Positions 8,067-17,984 are shown, counted from the first letter of the stretch. The stretch is DNA of 64,000 bases from Spirochaetia bacterium (GCA_024402405.1 JAKSTW010000004.1:6253-70252); one strand, 5' to 3'. Numbers and translations: made by a program. The notes: generated by a model not told the origin, from the sequence alone.

Positions 8067-10471
8067 TTTGTTCTCTCCATTATTTTTTCTGCGATCCTGA
8101 CGGCCTCTACACCGTTGGCAGAATAATATGCTCCCAGAGATTCAGCCCATTCTTTTGTGACTACTGCACCGCCCAGCATGAAAGTAGCCCTGATTCCTGC
8201 ATCTGCCGCTTTTTTCATGACCTCCGGCATTCTTATCATGGTCGTTGTCATAAGTGCAGACAGTGCTATTATATCAGGATCCTCTTTTTTTGCTGCCTCA
8301 ATTATTTTTTCTGCACTTACATCCTTGCCCAGATCAATAACACTAAAATCGTAATTTTTCAGCATCAGAATAACAATATTTTTCCCGATGTCATGTATGT
8401 CTCCCTCAACTGTTGCGAAAAGGATTTTGCCCTTGTTTCCCGAAGCTGCCGTCTCCAGCTTGGGTGCCAGAATGGAAAATGCCGATTTCATGGTTTCTGC
8501 ACTGGCTATAAGCTGCGGGAGGAAATATTCTTTCTTTTCGTACAGATCTCCGACTTTTATTATGGCTGGGATCATGATGCCTGTGAGGATGTCTGAAGGT
8601 TTCAGTCCCTTCTCCAATGTCTGTCTGACAGCCAGCTGAATGTCATCTCTGATTCCGTTGATTATGCCCTGGGAGAGTGCCTCTTCCGGGGATTCTGCTT
8701 TCTGCGGCGTGATTTGCTGTGATGGGGCACTGTTGGCTGATATGGCTATGTATTTTGTCCCATCTTTGTCTTTGCCATTGAGCAGGTCTGATGCATATTT
8801 TGTTCTCATCAGAACTTCTTCCATAGGATTTGCTATGACATGAGAAAGCCCGTTCTGGGAGGCCATTGCCAGAAATGCAGAGTTTATCCATTTCCTTTCA
8901 GGCAGTCCGAAAGAGATGTTTGAAAGTCCCAGTACTGTGCCGAAACCATTGGATGATGCCCATTTTATAGTCTTCAATGCTTCTGCTGCTGCCTCTGGAT
9001 CGGCTGATACGGTCATAGCCAGACCGTCTACCAGAATGTCTTTCTTCCTGAATCCGAATTTCTGTGCCTGTCTGTAGATATCTTCCACTATTGTGATGCG
9101 CTCTTCTGCTGTAGCAGGAATATGATTTCCTCTGATAGGTAAAAGTATGAACATGGCTCCGTATTTTGCAGCTTCCGGAAGAAGTGTTTTCAGCCGTGTC
9201 TCTTCGCCTGATATTGAGTTCAGAAGCGCCCGCCCCGGATAAAGTCTGAGTGCGCTGATCGCCGCTTCCGGATTGGTTGTATCGATTACCAGCGGAAGAT
9301 TGCTCTGAGGTGCCAGAAGTGAGATTATTGTCAGAAGTGTCTTCTTTTCATCTATGCCAGGCATACCTGCGTTCACATCCAGAAGTTCGGCTCCTGCATT
9401 TCTCTGTTCTCTGGCCATATTCTGCACTGTGGTGAAATTGCTGTCACGCAATTCTGCCTGCAATTTTTTCTTGCCTGTCGGGTTGATTCTCTCACCTATG
9501 ATATGCAGAGGGCTGTCACTGTATGTTATGAGTACTTCCCGTGAGCTGGTCAGCGCTAAATGATCCTTTGGAACCGCAGATATAGGACTGCATTCTGCCA
9601 TCTGTACTGCCAGCTGCTTTATATGATCCGGTGATGTTCCGCAGCAGCCGCCCATGAAGTTGACACCGGCCTGGGCGAATTTCTGCGCATAGGTACCGAA
9701 TTCCTGGCTGCCCATCGGAAATTTTGTTTTTCCATCCTCAATGAAAGGAAGCCCTGCATTGGGTTTGGCCACCAGCGGTATTTCGGCCAGAGGTTTCAGT
9801 CGCCTGATAATTTCCAGCATCTCCTTTGGTCCTGCGGAACAGTTGCTTCCGAAAGCATCTGTCCCCAGGCTCTGCAGTGTTATAAGTGCGGCCTCCGGTG
9901 TGGTTCCGTTCAGTGTGCGCCCGTTTGGCTCAAATGTCATTGTGGCTATGATGAATGCAGGACAGAGCTCTCTGATAGCTATGACCTGGGCTCTGGCCTC
10001 CTGGATGTCGATCTGGGTTTCCACCGCGAACATATCAACTCCGCCATCCAGAAGTCCCTGTATCTGACGTTTGAACTGCCGTACTGCCTCATCAAGATCC
10101 AGCTCGCCGAAAGGCTGTATGAATTTGCCGCATGGACCTATATTCCCGGCTAACAGCACAGGATGGTCGGCACTGTCCGCACATTTTCTGGCAACTGATG
10201 CCAGTTTCCTGTTCAGAGCCTCCACATCCTCATAGCCGTATTCCTGCAGTTTGAAAGTATTGCCTCCGAATGTCGGAGTGTAGATCACATCTGCTCCTGC
10301 GTTTATATATGCATTGTGTATGGCTTCCTGAACCTCCGGATGTTCTGCTGTCCACAGTTCCGGGCATGTTCCGGCGGGCATTCCCCGTTTCTGCAGCTCT
10401 GTTCCTGTGGCTCCGTCCAGAATCAGAATTTTTTTCTTCAAAATATCGGCAAGCTGTGTGGCTGTTTTCAT
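8063..10471 (-). CDS. metH: methionine synthase, short form (Hcy S-methyltransferase + pterin-binding + B12-binding domains)
   Basis: 802 aa. Zn site GGCCGT, pterin-binding TIM barrel, B12 motif DxHxxG (EGDIHDIGKNIV). Lacks the C-terminal AdoMet reactivation domain. Confidence 0.88.
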   Translation of the reverse strand: MKTATQLADILKKKILILDGATGTELQKRGMPAGTCPELWTAEHPEVQEAIHNAYINAGADVIYTPTFGGNTFKLQEYGYEDVEALNRKLASVARKCADSADHPVLLAGNIGPCGKFIQPFGELDLDEAVRQFKRQIQGLLDGGVDMFAVETQIDIQEARAQVIAIRELCPAFIIATMTFEPNGRTLNGTTPEAALITLQSLGTDAFGSNCSAGPKEMLEIIRRLKPLAEIPLVAKPNAGLPFIEDGKTKFPMGSQEFGTYAQKFAQAGVNFMGGCCGTSPDHIKQLAVQMAECSPISAVPKDHLALTSSREVLITYSDSPLHIIGERINPTGKKKLQAELRDSNFTTVQNMAREQRNAGAELLDVNAGMPGIDEKKTLLTIISLLAPQSNLPLVIDTTNPEAAISALRLYPGRALLNSISGEETRLKTLLPEAAKYGAMFILLPIRGNHIPATAEERITIVEDIYRQAQKFGFRKKDILVDGLAMTVSADPEAAAEALKTIKWASSNGFGTVLGLSNISFGLPERKWINSAFLAMASQNGLSHVIANPMEEVLMRTKYASDLLNGKDKDGTKYIAISANSAPSQQITPQKAESPEEALSQGIINGIRDDIQLAVRQTLEKGLKPSDILTGIMIPAIIKVGDLYEKKEYFLPQLIASAETMKSAFSILAPKLETAASGNKGKILFATVEGDIHDIGKNIVILMLKNYDFSVIDLGKDVSAEKIIEAAKKEDPDIIALSALMTTTMIRMPEVMKKAADAGIRATFMLGGAVVTKEWAESLGAYYSANGVEAVRIAEKIMERTK

Positions 10472-10482
10472 TGTCTTGATCC

Positions 10483-11094
10483 TTATATTATTCCTGTGAT
10501 GGCGATCACTGATTTCTCAGGCACCAGAATACAACTGGCTGTTATATCAATTCCTAATTTATCAAGTTCCAGAATCCTGTAAAGTGACTTCTGATTTTTT
10601 AATTCAAGATCACCGTATCCAGGGGAGAACCTTTTTCTGCTGACCTGCCCGCCCATGCGCTTCATCATTGTGGAGACATAGTGCATTATCCAGTCCAGAC
10701 CTGAGTCTGTGATCTCGCTGGCTGTTGCGTCATAAATAACTGCCTTTGACATATCTGTTTTCTGCAGGCTGCTGATCTCTTCCATTATTTTTCTGCCGGA
10801 TGTGGCTGCCATGATAAGTGCTTTCTCTGACTCCCGTGCCATGAGCATCGGAAGCTTTCCATCGATCCTGTCTCCTGTTTCCAGAAGAATGCCGGTCTCT
10901 GTAGGTGTAAAACTGCAGATCGAATATGCTCCGCGCAGATGTATGAAGGCCGCAGCCTCTTCCATTATGGTCTGAAAATTCTGGAGCTGGCAGCTGAGCA
11001 TGGAAGAAGAGCTTTTTCTGTATCCCAGCCGGCTGAGTATGCGGTTGTATGGTATGTCAATGTTTATTTCCACGAAATTCGTACTTACAGCCAT
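10483..11094 (-). CDS. stand-alone methionine-synthase reactivation (AdoMet-binding activation) domain protein (putative)
   Basis: 203 aa, immediately upstream of and co-oriented with the short metH. Size and position fit the separate activation-domain proteins seen with short MetH forms. Confidence 0.45.
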   Translation of the reverse strand: MAVSTNFVEINIDIPYNRILSRLGYRKSSSSMLSCQLQNFQTIMEEAAAFIHLRGAYSICSFTPTETGILLETGDRIDGKLPMLMARESEKALIMAATSGRKIMEEISSLQKTDMSKAVIYDATASEITDSGLDWIMHYVSTMMKRMGGQVSRKRFSPGYGDLELKNQKSLYRILELDKLGIDITASCILVPEKSVIAITGII

Positions 11095-11189
11095 ATTTTA
11101 TAGTAACATATTTCTGTTTCTAATCCTAGGTTGCTTTTAACTTTTGTTCGTGTTATCATTTCATAAAATTTTAAATTGGGAGTGTTTGA

Positions 11190-12251
11190 ATGACAGACAG
11201 GATGAAAGCTTGCAGAAAGTTGATGGTGGTTTTCTTTTTCCTGATTTTATGTGTCGCATCTTATTCCCAGGAAAATAAAACATCGGAGAATATGAAGAAA
11301 ATGGCAGAAAAATTAGGCGATGGAATTTATGCTGAGATGAGCACTGACAGGGGAGTGATCCTTCTGGCTCTGGAATATGAGAAAGTTCCTCTGACAGTCA
11401 TGAACTTTACAGGTCTTGCTGAGGGCAAGATCGATGGCGGTCAGGGAATCGGAACGCCTTTCTATGACGGACTGAAGTTCCACAGGGTCATTGATGAGTT
11501 CATGATCCAGGGTGGTGACCCAAGAGGAAATGGTACTGGCGGACCTGGATACAGTTTTCCTGATGAATTTGATGATTCACTGAAACACACCGGACCTGGA
11601 ATCCTTTCCATGGCCAACAGCGGTCCTGATACAAACGGAAGCCAGTTCTTCATCACACATGTGGAGACACCTTGGCTGGACGGACATCATGCAGTTTTCG
11701 GTCATGTGGTTGAGGGACAGGATGTGGTCAATGCCATCCGCCAGGGCGACAAGATCATTTCTGTGAAGATCATCAGAGTGGGTAAAAAGGCGGAGGAATT
11801 CAAGAATGACAACACCACATTCAAGGCAGAGCTGAAGGCTTATGCTGCAAAGGCTAAGGAAAGAGCTGCCGCAAAGCTTGCTGCTGACGAGAAATTCATT
11901 GAGAAGAAATGGCCTAATGCCATCAAGACCGAATCAGGTCTGAGATATATCGTGCAGAAACCTGGAAAAGGAACTGCATCTCCTAAAATGGGACAGCGTG
12001 TAGTGACACACTATCAGGGAAAACTTCTGGACGGACGTATGTTTGACAGCTCATACCAGAGAGGTCAGGCACTGGAGTTCTGTATCGGACAGGTTATTCC
12101 TGGCTGGAATGAGGCTCTTATGACCATGAAGAAAGGAGAGAAGAGAACTCTTATCATTCCTCCTGAACTTGGTTATGGCGAGAGAGGTGCAGGTGGAGTG
12201 ATTCCTCCTAATGCATATCTTGTATTTGAAGTTGAGCTGCTGGATTTCTGA
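11190..12251 (+). CDS. secreted peptidyl-prolyl cis-trans isomerase, cyclophilin-FKBP fusion
   Basis: 353 aa with signal peptide. N-terminal cyclophilin motifs ([31 protein letters not shown]) and a C-terminal FKBP domain ([13 protein letters not shown]...VIPGWNEAL). Confidence 0.8.
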   Translation: MTDRMKACRKLMVVFFFLILCVASYSQENKTSENMKKMAEKLGDGIYAEMSTDRGVILLALEYEKVPLTVMNFTGLAEGKIDGGQGIGTPFYDGLKFHRVIDEFMIQGGDPRGNGTGGPGYSFPDEFDDSLKHTGPGILSMANSGPDTNGSQFFITHVETPWLDGHHAVFGHVVEGQDVVNAIRQGDKIISVKIIRVGKKAEEFKNDNTTFKAELKAYAAKAKERAAAKLAADEKFIEKKWPNAIKTESGLRYIVQKPGKGTASPKMGQRVVTHYQGKLLDGRMFDSSYQRGQALEFCIGQVIPGWNEALMTMKKGEKRTLIIPPELGYGERGAGGVIPPNAYLVFEVELLDF

Positions 12252-12275
12252 ACCAGAGCTTGAATTTATATTTGA

Positions 12276-12303
12276 GGGCATCCTTATGGGATGCCTTTTT
12301 TTA
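12276..12303 (+). terminator. rho-independent terminator after the PPIase gene
   Basis: GGGCATCC-ttat-GGGATGCC hairpin followed by an 8-nt T-run. Confidence 0.55.
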
Positions 12304-12336
12304 TTGTATGTAATTTTTGTTTCACTAAAACAATAT

Positions 12337-12762
12337 ATGTATGGTATTGTGCCTGTTATAGCTACTATATATATGGTTGCTTTCGAAATTTATATTAAAT
12401 ATAATCATAAAGCTATGTGTAAATTCATTGGTATGGAATATTTTGCAGCTATAGCCATGGTTTCATTAAAAATGGAGGAAATTCCTTTAAAAATGTTAAA
12501 TGGGTATGGTATATCTGTAATGAAATCCTTTAAAGAGAATGATATAGAAGCGATAATTTTGTATTCAGAGAAATATATATCTAAATTAGTACGTGATTAT
12601 TCAGATTGTTTTGAATTGTCTAATGATGGAAAGTCTTTGAGAAAAATAGTTGATGATGATGTTCTTATTGAAAAGTTTTGGGCATATTTGTCTACTGATT
12701 TAATTCTTGCAATGATGAATACATTTAATAAGCAGCATAAAGTTATTAATGAAACCATTTAA
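12337..12762 (+). CDS. hypothetical small protein with hydrophobic N-terminus; first gene of the island operon
   Basis: The ORF-track start (12211) overlaps the upstream gene and its terminator. First in-frame ATG after the terminator is 12337 (MYGIVPVIATIYMVAFEIY...). Its 3' end overlaps the next gene by 14 nt, which suggests translational coupling. Confidence 0.35.
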   Translation: MYGIVPVIATIYMVAFEIYIKYNHKAMCKFIGMEYFAAIAMVSLKMEEIPLKMLNGYGISVMKSFKENDIEAIILYSEKYISKLVRDYSDCFELSNDGKSLRKIVDDDVLIEKFWAYLSTDLILAMMNTFNKQHKVINETI

Positions 12763-14488
12763 AATAAAAGATCCATTATATGGTTATATTGAAATAAAAG
12801 ATCCTGAAATTTGTGATATAATTAATTCGAGCCAATTTCACAGATTAAAACAAATAATTCAAACAAGCTATACATCTGTTTATCCATCAGCAACACACAA
12901 TAGGTTTATTCATTCTATTGGAGTTTATTATTTAGGTACTCTTGCTATTGAGTCATTAAAGATAGAATTAGAAAAATTAAATTGTTATAAAGAAGAAGAA
13001 TTAAAATCATATTATCAAATTTTTTTATTAGCCTGTTTGCTTCATGATGTGGGGCATTCTCCTTTTTCACATTCTGGAGAAAAATATTATATAAAAAAGA
13101 GAACAGAAAAGGGGATTCCTTGTATTTGGGAAAAACTTTTGGATGAATTAAAAGATGATGAATTTAATATCGATACAAGGGGAGAAATTCAAGGTGCAGA
13201 ACATGAAATAATGAGTTCCTTGTTAGCTATATCTCATTATCAAGAAATATTAAAAAAATATGATAAATCATTTTTTGTTAGGTGCATTATTGGTTTGAAA
13301 TATTCAAAAAATGATATTCGTAATTGTTTTATAGAACTGTTAAATTCAAATACAATTGATGTTGATAAATTGGATTATTTGCTTAGAGATAGTTTATATA
13401 CTGGATTTGCAACAGTTTCTATTGATTATAAGAGATTATTATCTTCTGTATGTATTATAACAGATAGAAATAATAAACCTAGTTTAGGTTTTACTAAAGC
13501 AGCATTAAGTACCCTTGAAAGTGTAATTTTAGCTCGCGATATGGAAAAGAAATGGATTCAAAATCATCCAGTAATTAAATATGAATCATTTCTTATTGAT
13601 CACATGATTTCAGCAGTAAATAAATATTATTCAGACTTGGGTATTGAAATTTTTAGCCTTGAAGCCCTAACTCCAGATGGAATTGCTTGTACGACAGGAA
13701 AATTTAAGACAAACAAATTGTCTGATACAGATATTGAAGTTATCAAGAAATGTAAACAAAATGAGCCATTAACTGAGACTGAAAAGATTGCTGAAAATAA
13801 TATTTTAAAAGAAATCATTGATGAAGAATGTTCAATTAAACTTTTATCTGATACAGATATAATAACAATTGCTAAAAACTGTATAAAAGACGATGAATGT
13901 GTAAAAGAATATTTTGATAGAAGCATACGAAAAAAAGCTTTATGGAAATCAGAAGCAGAGTATCTATTATACTTTAAATGTGGCATTATGAGTGAAAAAA
14001 CATTAGCTCAACTACAAGAAAAATTGTTTTCTATAGAAAATGAATTTAACACATTACAAAGTCCATTTATTAATAATAATTTGTTAGAGTATTTTAAAAA
14101 GGAATTGGAAAAAAATAATAAGCTTGTTTTTCTTAGGGAAGATGAAAAAAAGAAACGGGCTGACGAAATTAATAAAAAAATTCAATTAATACAATTTTTA
14201 AAAGAATACTCGAGGGATTGTAATGTTGATTTTAATTTTGCAATTATTTCTAGTGGGCAATTTAATACAGGATTTACCGAGATTGAATTTAAAAATATCC
14301 AAATTCGATTTGATGATGAACATATTGAACCACTTGAAAAAGTTGTACAATTGCTTGATTCAGAAAAGAAAAAGAATAAGTTCTTTTATTTATATGTAAA
14401 TTGTGCTGATATAAAAGGTAATAAAATTGACTTGAATAATTTTTTGACTGAGTTAAATGATTTTTGTGTGAGAAATCTGCTAGATTAA
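12749..14488 (+). CDS. SAMHD1/dGTPase-family HD-domain dNTP triphosphohydrolase with a roughly 300-aa C-terminal extension
   Basis: Motifs NRFIHSIGV, LLHDVGHSPFSH and DVDKLDYLLRD match the Dgt/SAMHD1 signature. C-terminal half is K/E-rich with an internal repeat (LSDTDIEVIKKCK / LSDTDIITIAKNCIK). Confidence 0.7.
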   Translation: MKPFKIKDPLYGYIEIKDPEICDIINSSQFHRLKQIIQTSYTSVYPSATHNRFIHSIGVYYLGTLAIESLKIELEKLNCYKEEELKSYYQIFLLACLLHDVGHSPFSHSGEKYYIKKRTEKGIPCIWEKLLDELKDDEFNIDTRGEIQGAEHEIMSSLLAISHYQEILKKYDKSFFVRCIIGLKYSKNDIRNCFIELLNSNTIDVDKLDYLLRDSLYTGFATVSIDYKRLLSSVCIITDRNNKPSLGFTKAALSTLESVILARDMEKKWIQNHPVIKYESFLIDHMISAVNKYYSDLGIEIFSLEALTPDGIACTTGKFKTNKLSDTDIEVIKKCKQNEPLTETEKIAENNILKEIIDEECSIKLLSDTDIITIAKNCIKDDECVKEYFDRSIRKKALWKSEAEYLLYFKCGIMSEKTLAQLQEKLFSIENEFNTLQSPFINNNLLEYFKKELEKNNKLVFLREDEKKKRADEINKKIQLIQFLKEYSRDCNVDFNFAIISSGQFNTGFTEIEFKNIQIRFDDEHIEPLEKVVQLLDSEKKKNKFFYLYVNCADIKGNKIDLNNFLTELNDFCVRNLLD

Positions 14489-14511
14489 ATTGGATTCAAT
14501 AGGGAGAAATT

Positions 14512-15234
14512 ATGCCAGCTGATATGAGACAATTGATAAATTGCCTTTCTGAAATGAAAAAAATATATCTGAATAATCCAACGGAAGCAGTGCGTGGGTC
14601 TAGTTTTATTTATAAATTGCATGAATATTGTGTAATGCAATTATATTCTGCAATAGATAATGCAAAAGATAAAGTGCAAATGATAAGGTTAAAAGATATG
14701 GCACAGCCTAGTGGTAAGCCACATTATCCTAGAACTTTAATTGAGCCTAATAAATATCAGCTTTTGCAGGAAGTAACATTATTTGGATCACATAAGAATA
14801 AGGATGAGGATATAGCTTTAATTCATTATGCAAATGGTCCTCAAATTGCTATTGGAATTAGAAGTCAGATGTCCTCTGTTGGAAAAAATATTGAGAATTA
14901 CTATGAGGGTATTATTGGTGAATGTATTTCACTCCATGATCGGTTTCCAATGGCAACTCTTGGATATGTCTATTTGTTGCCTAAAAATCCAATCAAACCT
15001 GGCCTGGCAGAAGAAATAGATTTAGTTCGAGCAGAAACACTGTTCAAAAAAATAATTGGTAGATTGGATTGGCATTCACCTAATGATAAATATGAACATT
15101 TTGCTTTCTTAAAAGTTGATTTTAAGCAAGATCCTCCTGCAATTATCCCTTCTGACCCAGCACTTAGTATTGAGACTTTTTTTGACCGGCTTATTGCAAC
15201 CCATAATGACAGAAATTTATATAATCAGCTTTGA
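14512..15234 (+). CDS. hypothetical protein (240 aa), third gene of the island operon; possible nuclease or effector
   Basis: Begins 23 nt after the HD gene. No recognisable motif. AT-rich codon usage matches the island. Confidence 0.4.
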   Translation: MPADMRQLINCLSEMKKIYLNNPTEAVRGSSFIYKLHEYCVMQLYSAIDNAKDKVQMIRLKDMAQPSGKPHYPRTLIEPNKYQLLQEVTLFGSHKNKDEDIALIHYANGPQIAIGIRSQMSSVGKNIENYYEGIIGECISLHDRFPMATLGYVYLLPKNPIKPGLAEEIDLVRAETLFKKIIGRLDWHSPNDKYEHFAFLKVDFKQDPPAIIPSDPALSIETFFDRLIATHNDRNLYNQL

Positions 15235-15242
15235 CAGAGTAA

Positions 15243-16853
15243 TTATAATATTTTCCGTCTTCTTTTGGGAATGCGCCAATTCCTTAGATTCTCAATTGAA
15301 TTTCTTATCTTGTCGATATTTTCATCTGATAAACCATATATTTCTTGCAGAACTATTTTATCACCTAATTTATAAGTAGCATCTATCCCATTTTCCAATA
15401 AACATTGATTAAGTTGATTATAAACCTTGGCAATTATATTATTTGGAATATCTTTTAATATTTTAATTTTGTCAATTTCTCCAGGAATTAAAACAAGGGT
15501 ACCTCCACCTAAAGAATGTACTAGTGTTTCAATTTGTAATAATGTTAAACTATTATACCATCTACAAATAATATTTTCTTTTGATATGCTATTATCTGTA
15601 ATAATTCCACTGAGCAGACTATTTGATACTAAAAATTTTGCTGAATTGCTTATGAGCCTGGGGATGTCTCCAAATACAGTTAATATTAAATCTGGTATTT
15701 CGATATTAGGGGTTATATACCATGGTGAACGTGAATTACATTTATATCCCTTATTAATTTCCATTTTTTCACCCTCTTTAATATATTGTTTCGTTCCTTC
15801 AGTCAGTAGCCTTGGATAAAAAAGAAAACTTTGGGGAATTATATTGGCGTTATCTACACCAATATGTGGATAAGAATTTATTTCCTTTGAATTTAATATG
15901 CTTGGAAGTAAATTTTGCGAAGAAATTTTATATTCTTGAATGGTTGTTATTGTAGGATGAAAATATTTTTTATTTCCACATACATAACCAATTTTAAATT
16001 TACATTCATTTTTTAATAAGTGGATTTCTTGATTGTTCTCTAAGCCTTGTATTAAATTTTGTGTATCTTCTGATAAGATTTTCTGTTCGAAAGGTTTTTC
16101 CATTTTTAATATCTCTGTTATTTTAATTGAAGCACTAATCATAGAAATATTATTGAACAAATCGCTGATATTGTTATAAATATTATAGTTAACAGAATTG
16201 CATTTTGCTCCTTTCTTATCTGCAAGAAATATTATTGTTTCTACATCAACTTCTGGAAAAAAATCATCATATAGCCGACAGATTGTTAATGATCCAAAAT
16301 TAACAGACAAATATTGCCAAAGGGGGAATGCATATCTTACATATGTCATTTCATAAGGCAAAACAAAGCCAAGTTTGCCATTTGTAGCTAACATCTCGCT
16401 TGCATGAACTACAAAAGGCATCCACAGGCTACCATTGCATGGGATATGGAGTTTATATTTTTTCATTATATTAAATATTTTTTTTTGATTATCATTGGTA
16501 AGATTTTTTAAACTTATGTATGGGGGATTTCCTATTATTGCATTTGGTTTTTTTTCTGGCCAGAAATCCAGATAATCAGAAAGGATGCCATGAATAATAT
16601 TATTTTTTGCCAAATATGAATTATATGGCTCAGATTGTAATTCAATACCTAATATTTGAGGGGAGGTGTTTCCAAAATTATTATAATATTTTATGGAGGC
16701 ATTAAGAAAACTACCGTCGCCAAATGATGGTTCTAATAATAATTCATTGCCAGTTTTTATTGCCCATCTTGCAATGTAATCAGCAATAGAAGAACATGTA
16801 TAAAAAGAGCCAGTTGCTTTTTTTGTTGATAGATTATTTTTTTTCATGCTCAT
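15243..16853 (-). CDS. N6-adenine DNA methyltransferase, gamma class (Type II/IIG-like) with C-terminal target-recognition region
   Basis: 536 aa. Motif X GSFYTC, motif I LEPSFGDGSFL, motif IV NPPY (IIGNPPYIS). Confidence 0.75.
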   Translation of the reverse strand: MSMKKNNLSTKKATGSFYTCSSIADYIARWAIKTGNELLLEPSFGDGSFLNASIKYYNNFGNTSPQILGIELQSEPYNSYLAKNNIIHGILSDYLDFWPEKKPNAIIGNPPYISLKNLTNDNQKKIFNIMKKYKLHIPCNGSLWMPFVVHASEMLATNGKLGFVLPYEMTYVRYAFPLWQYLSVNFGSLTICRLYDDFFPEVDVETIIFLADKKGAKCNSVNYNIYNNISDLFNNISMISASIKITEILKMEKPFEQKILSEDTQNLIQGLENNQEIHLLKNECKFKIGYVCGNKKYFHPTITTIQEYKISSQNLLPSILNSKEINSYPHIGVDNANIIPQSFLFYPRLLTEGTKQYIKEGEKMEINKGYKCNSRSPWYITPNIEIPDLILTVFGDIPRLISNSAKFLVSNSLLSGIITDNSISKENIICRWYNSLTLLQIETLVHSLGGGTLVLIPGEIDKIKILKDIPNNIIAKVYNQLNQCLLENGIDATYKLGDKIVLQEIYGLSDENIDKIRNSIENLRNWRIPKRRRKIL

Positions 16854-17178
16854 TATCTCGCTTTATATTGGTAGAAATAAAGACCTCTAAGAGTAATTTT
16901 ATAGTTTCCCTTTGCTCACCAGATAGATCATCGCAATTAATAATTATTCCATTAGCCTTTAAATATGAAGTTTTTATATCTGATAATCCAAGCAGATAAT
17001 CTGATGAAATATTAAAGTATTTGCAGATTAAAATTAAAATTTCTTGATTGGGAAATCGACTGTCAGATTCATATTGGGATATTGTTGCACAAGAAATTCC
17101 CAATATTTTGCCTAAATCAGTTTGCGACAGATTTGCTGTTTTCCTTAGAATTTTTAATCTTTCACCAAATATTTTCAT
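16834..17178 (-). CDS. XRE-family HTH transcriptional regulator (possible R-M controller)
   Basis: 114 aa. HTH QTDLGKILGISCATISQYESDSRFPN. Overlaps the methyltransferase start by 20 nt, so they are co-transcribed. Confidence 0.65.
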   Translation of the reverse strand: MKIFGERLKILRKTANLSQTDLGKILGISCATISQYESDSRFPNQEILILICKYFNISSDYLLGLSDIKTSYLKANGIIINCDDLSGEQRETIKLLLEVFISTNIKRDNEHEKK

Positions 17179-17270
17179 TTTAAATAAGAATAATACATAA
17201 TTTAACGAAATGCAATATTAATTTTGCATAATGAAAATAGATATGATTATTTGTTAACGACAAATATAAT

Positions 17271-17984
17271 TTAACTGTTAAATGTTTTTCTTGCCTCATG
17301 CATCCATTTTATCAGCATTATGACTGAGTTCATCAGATATATGCACCACATTATGAGGATTGCCGGGCTGCCTGTTCCATGCAGGCAGGAGATCGTCCAC
17401 ATTATGATTGACACTGTGTTTACCATCAGCCAGAGGATCCATGTCTGGGCATATCTTTTTATGGTGACGATCATGGCAATTATGCTGACCGCATTGGTGA
17501 ATGAATCAAGCAGCGGGAGCTTTCCTCCCAAGTATCTCAGCCAGAATGCATAAGACGCTGTTGCTGCTGCCACGGTAATGCCCAGCAGTGCGGTCTGCCT
17601 GCGGTTCATGCTCTTTTTTTTCACCTCATGAGTGCCCTGATCCATGTTCCTGCTCCAGACATATATTCCGTAGAATTCCATTGGGACAAAATACAGCAGG
17701 TTCAGCATCACTTCTCCATAGAAACAGGCTTTCAGGGCAATGAGTGCATACAGTACACGGCCTGTTCCTCCGATGATGTATGCGCTGAGCTTTCCCTTGC
17801 CTGTGAGCACGCTGGCGGAAATACCGCATATTGCAGCTGTTATGGCTGTCAGACTGTCTTTGTATAAACTGGCTATGATACCGACTGCTGTGGATGTGAG
17901 CAGGAGCCACAGTATCTCCCATCTGTGCCATCCGAGAAATTCATTCTTTATTATGTCATAAATTCTGCTGCTGGAATGCCTCAT
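17271..17984 (-). CDS. pnuC: nicotinamide riboside transporter PnuC family
   Basis: 237 aa, about 7 TM, N-terminal WHRWEILWLL-type region typical of PnuC. Confidence 0.7.
   Translation of the reverse strand: MRHSSSRIYDIIKNEFLGWHRWEILWLLLTSTAVGIIASLYKDSLTAITAAICGISASVLTGKGKLSAYIIGGTGRVLYALIALKACFYGEVMLNLLYFVPMEFYGIYVWSRNMDQGTHEVKKKSMNRRQTALLGITVAAATASYAFWLRYLGGKLPLLDSFTNAVSIIAMIVTIKRYAQTWILWLMVNTVSIIMWTISCLHGTGSPAILIMWCIYLMNSVIMLIKWMHEARKTFNS

Noticed and set aside
11095-11189. SAM or B12 riboswitch upstream of the met-synthase genes
   Set aside because: The leader is only about 95 nt and lacks the conserved helices or B12-box sequence. It is treated as a plain divergent promoter region.
12211-12336. 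ORF-track start of the first island gene (183 aa)
   Set aside because: It overlaps the 3' end of the PPIase gene and runs through its rho-independent terminator. The first in-frame ATG after the terminator is 12337, so the upstream part is rejected as a read-through artefact.
12252-17270. Integrase, transposase, tRNA target or obvious att repeats at the island borders
   Set aside because: None found. The island is called from GC skew and gene content only, and its mobilisation mechanism is unknown.
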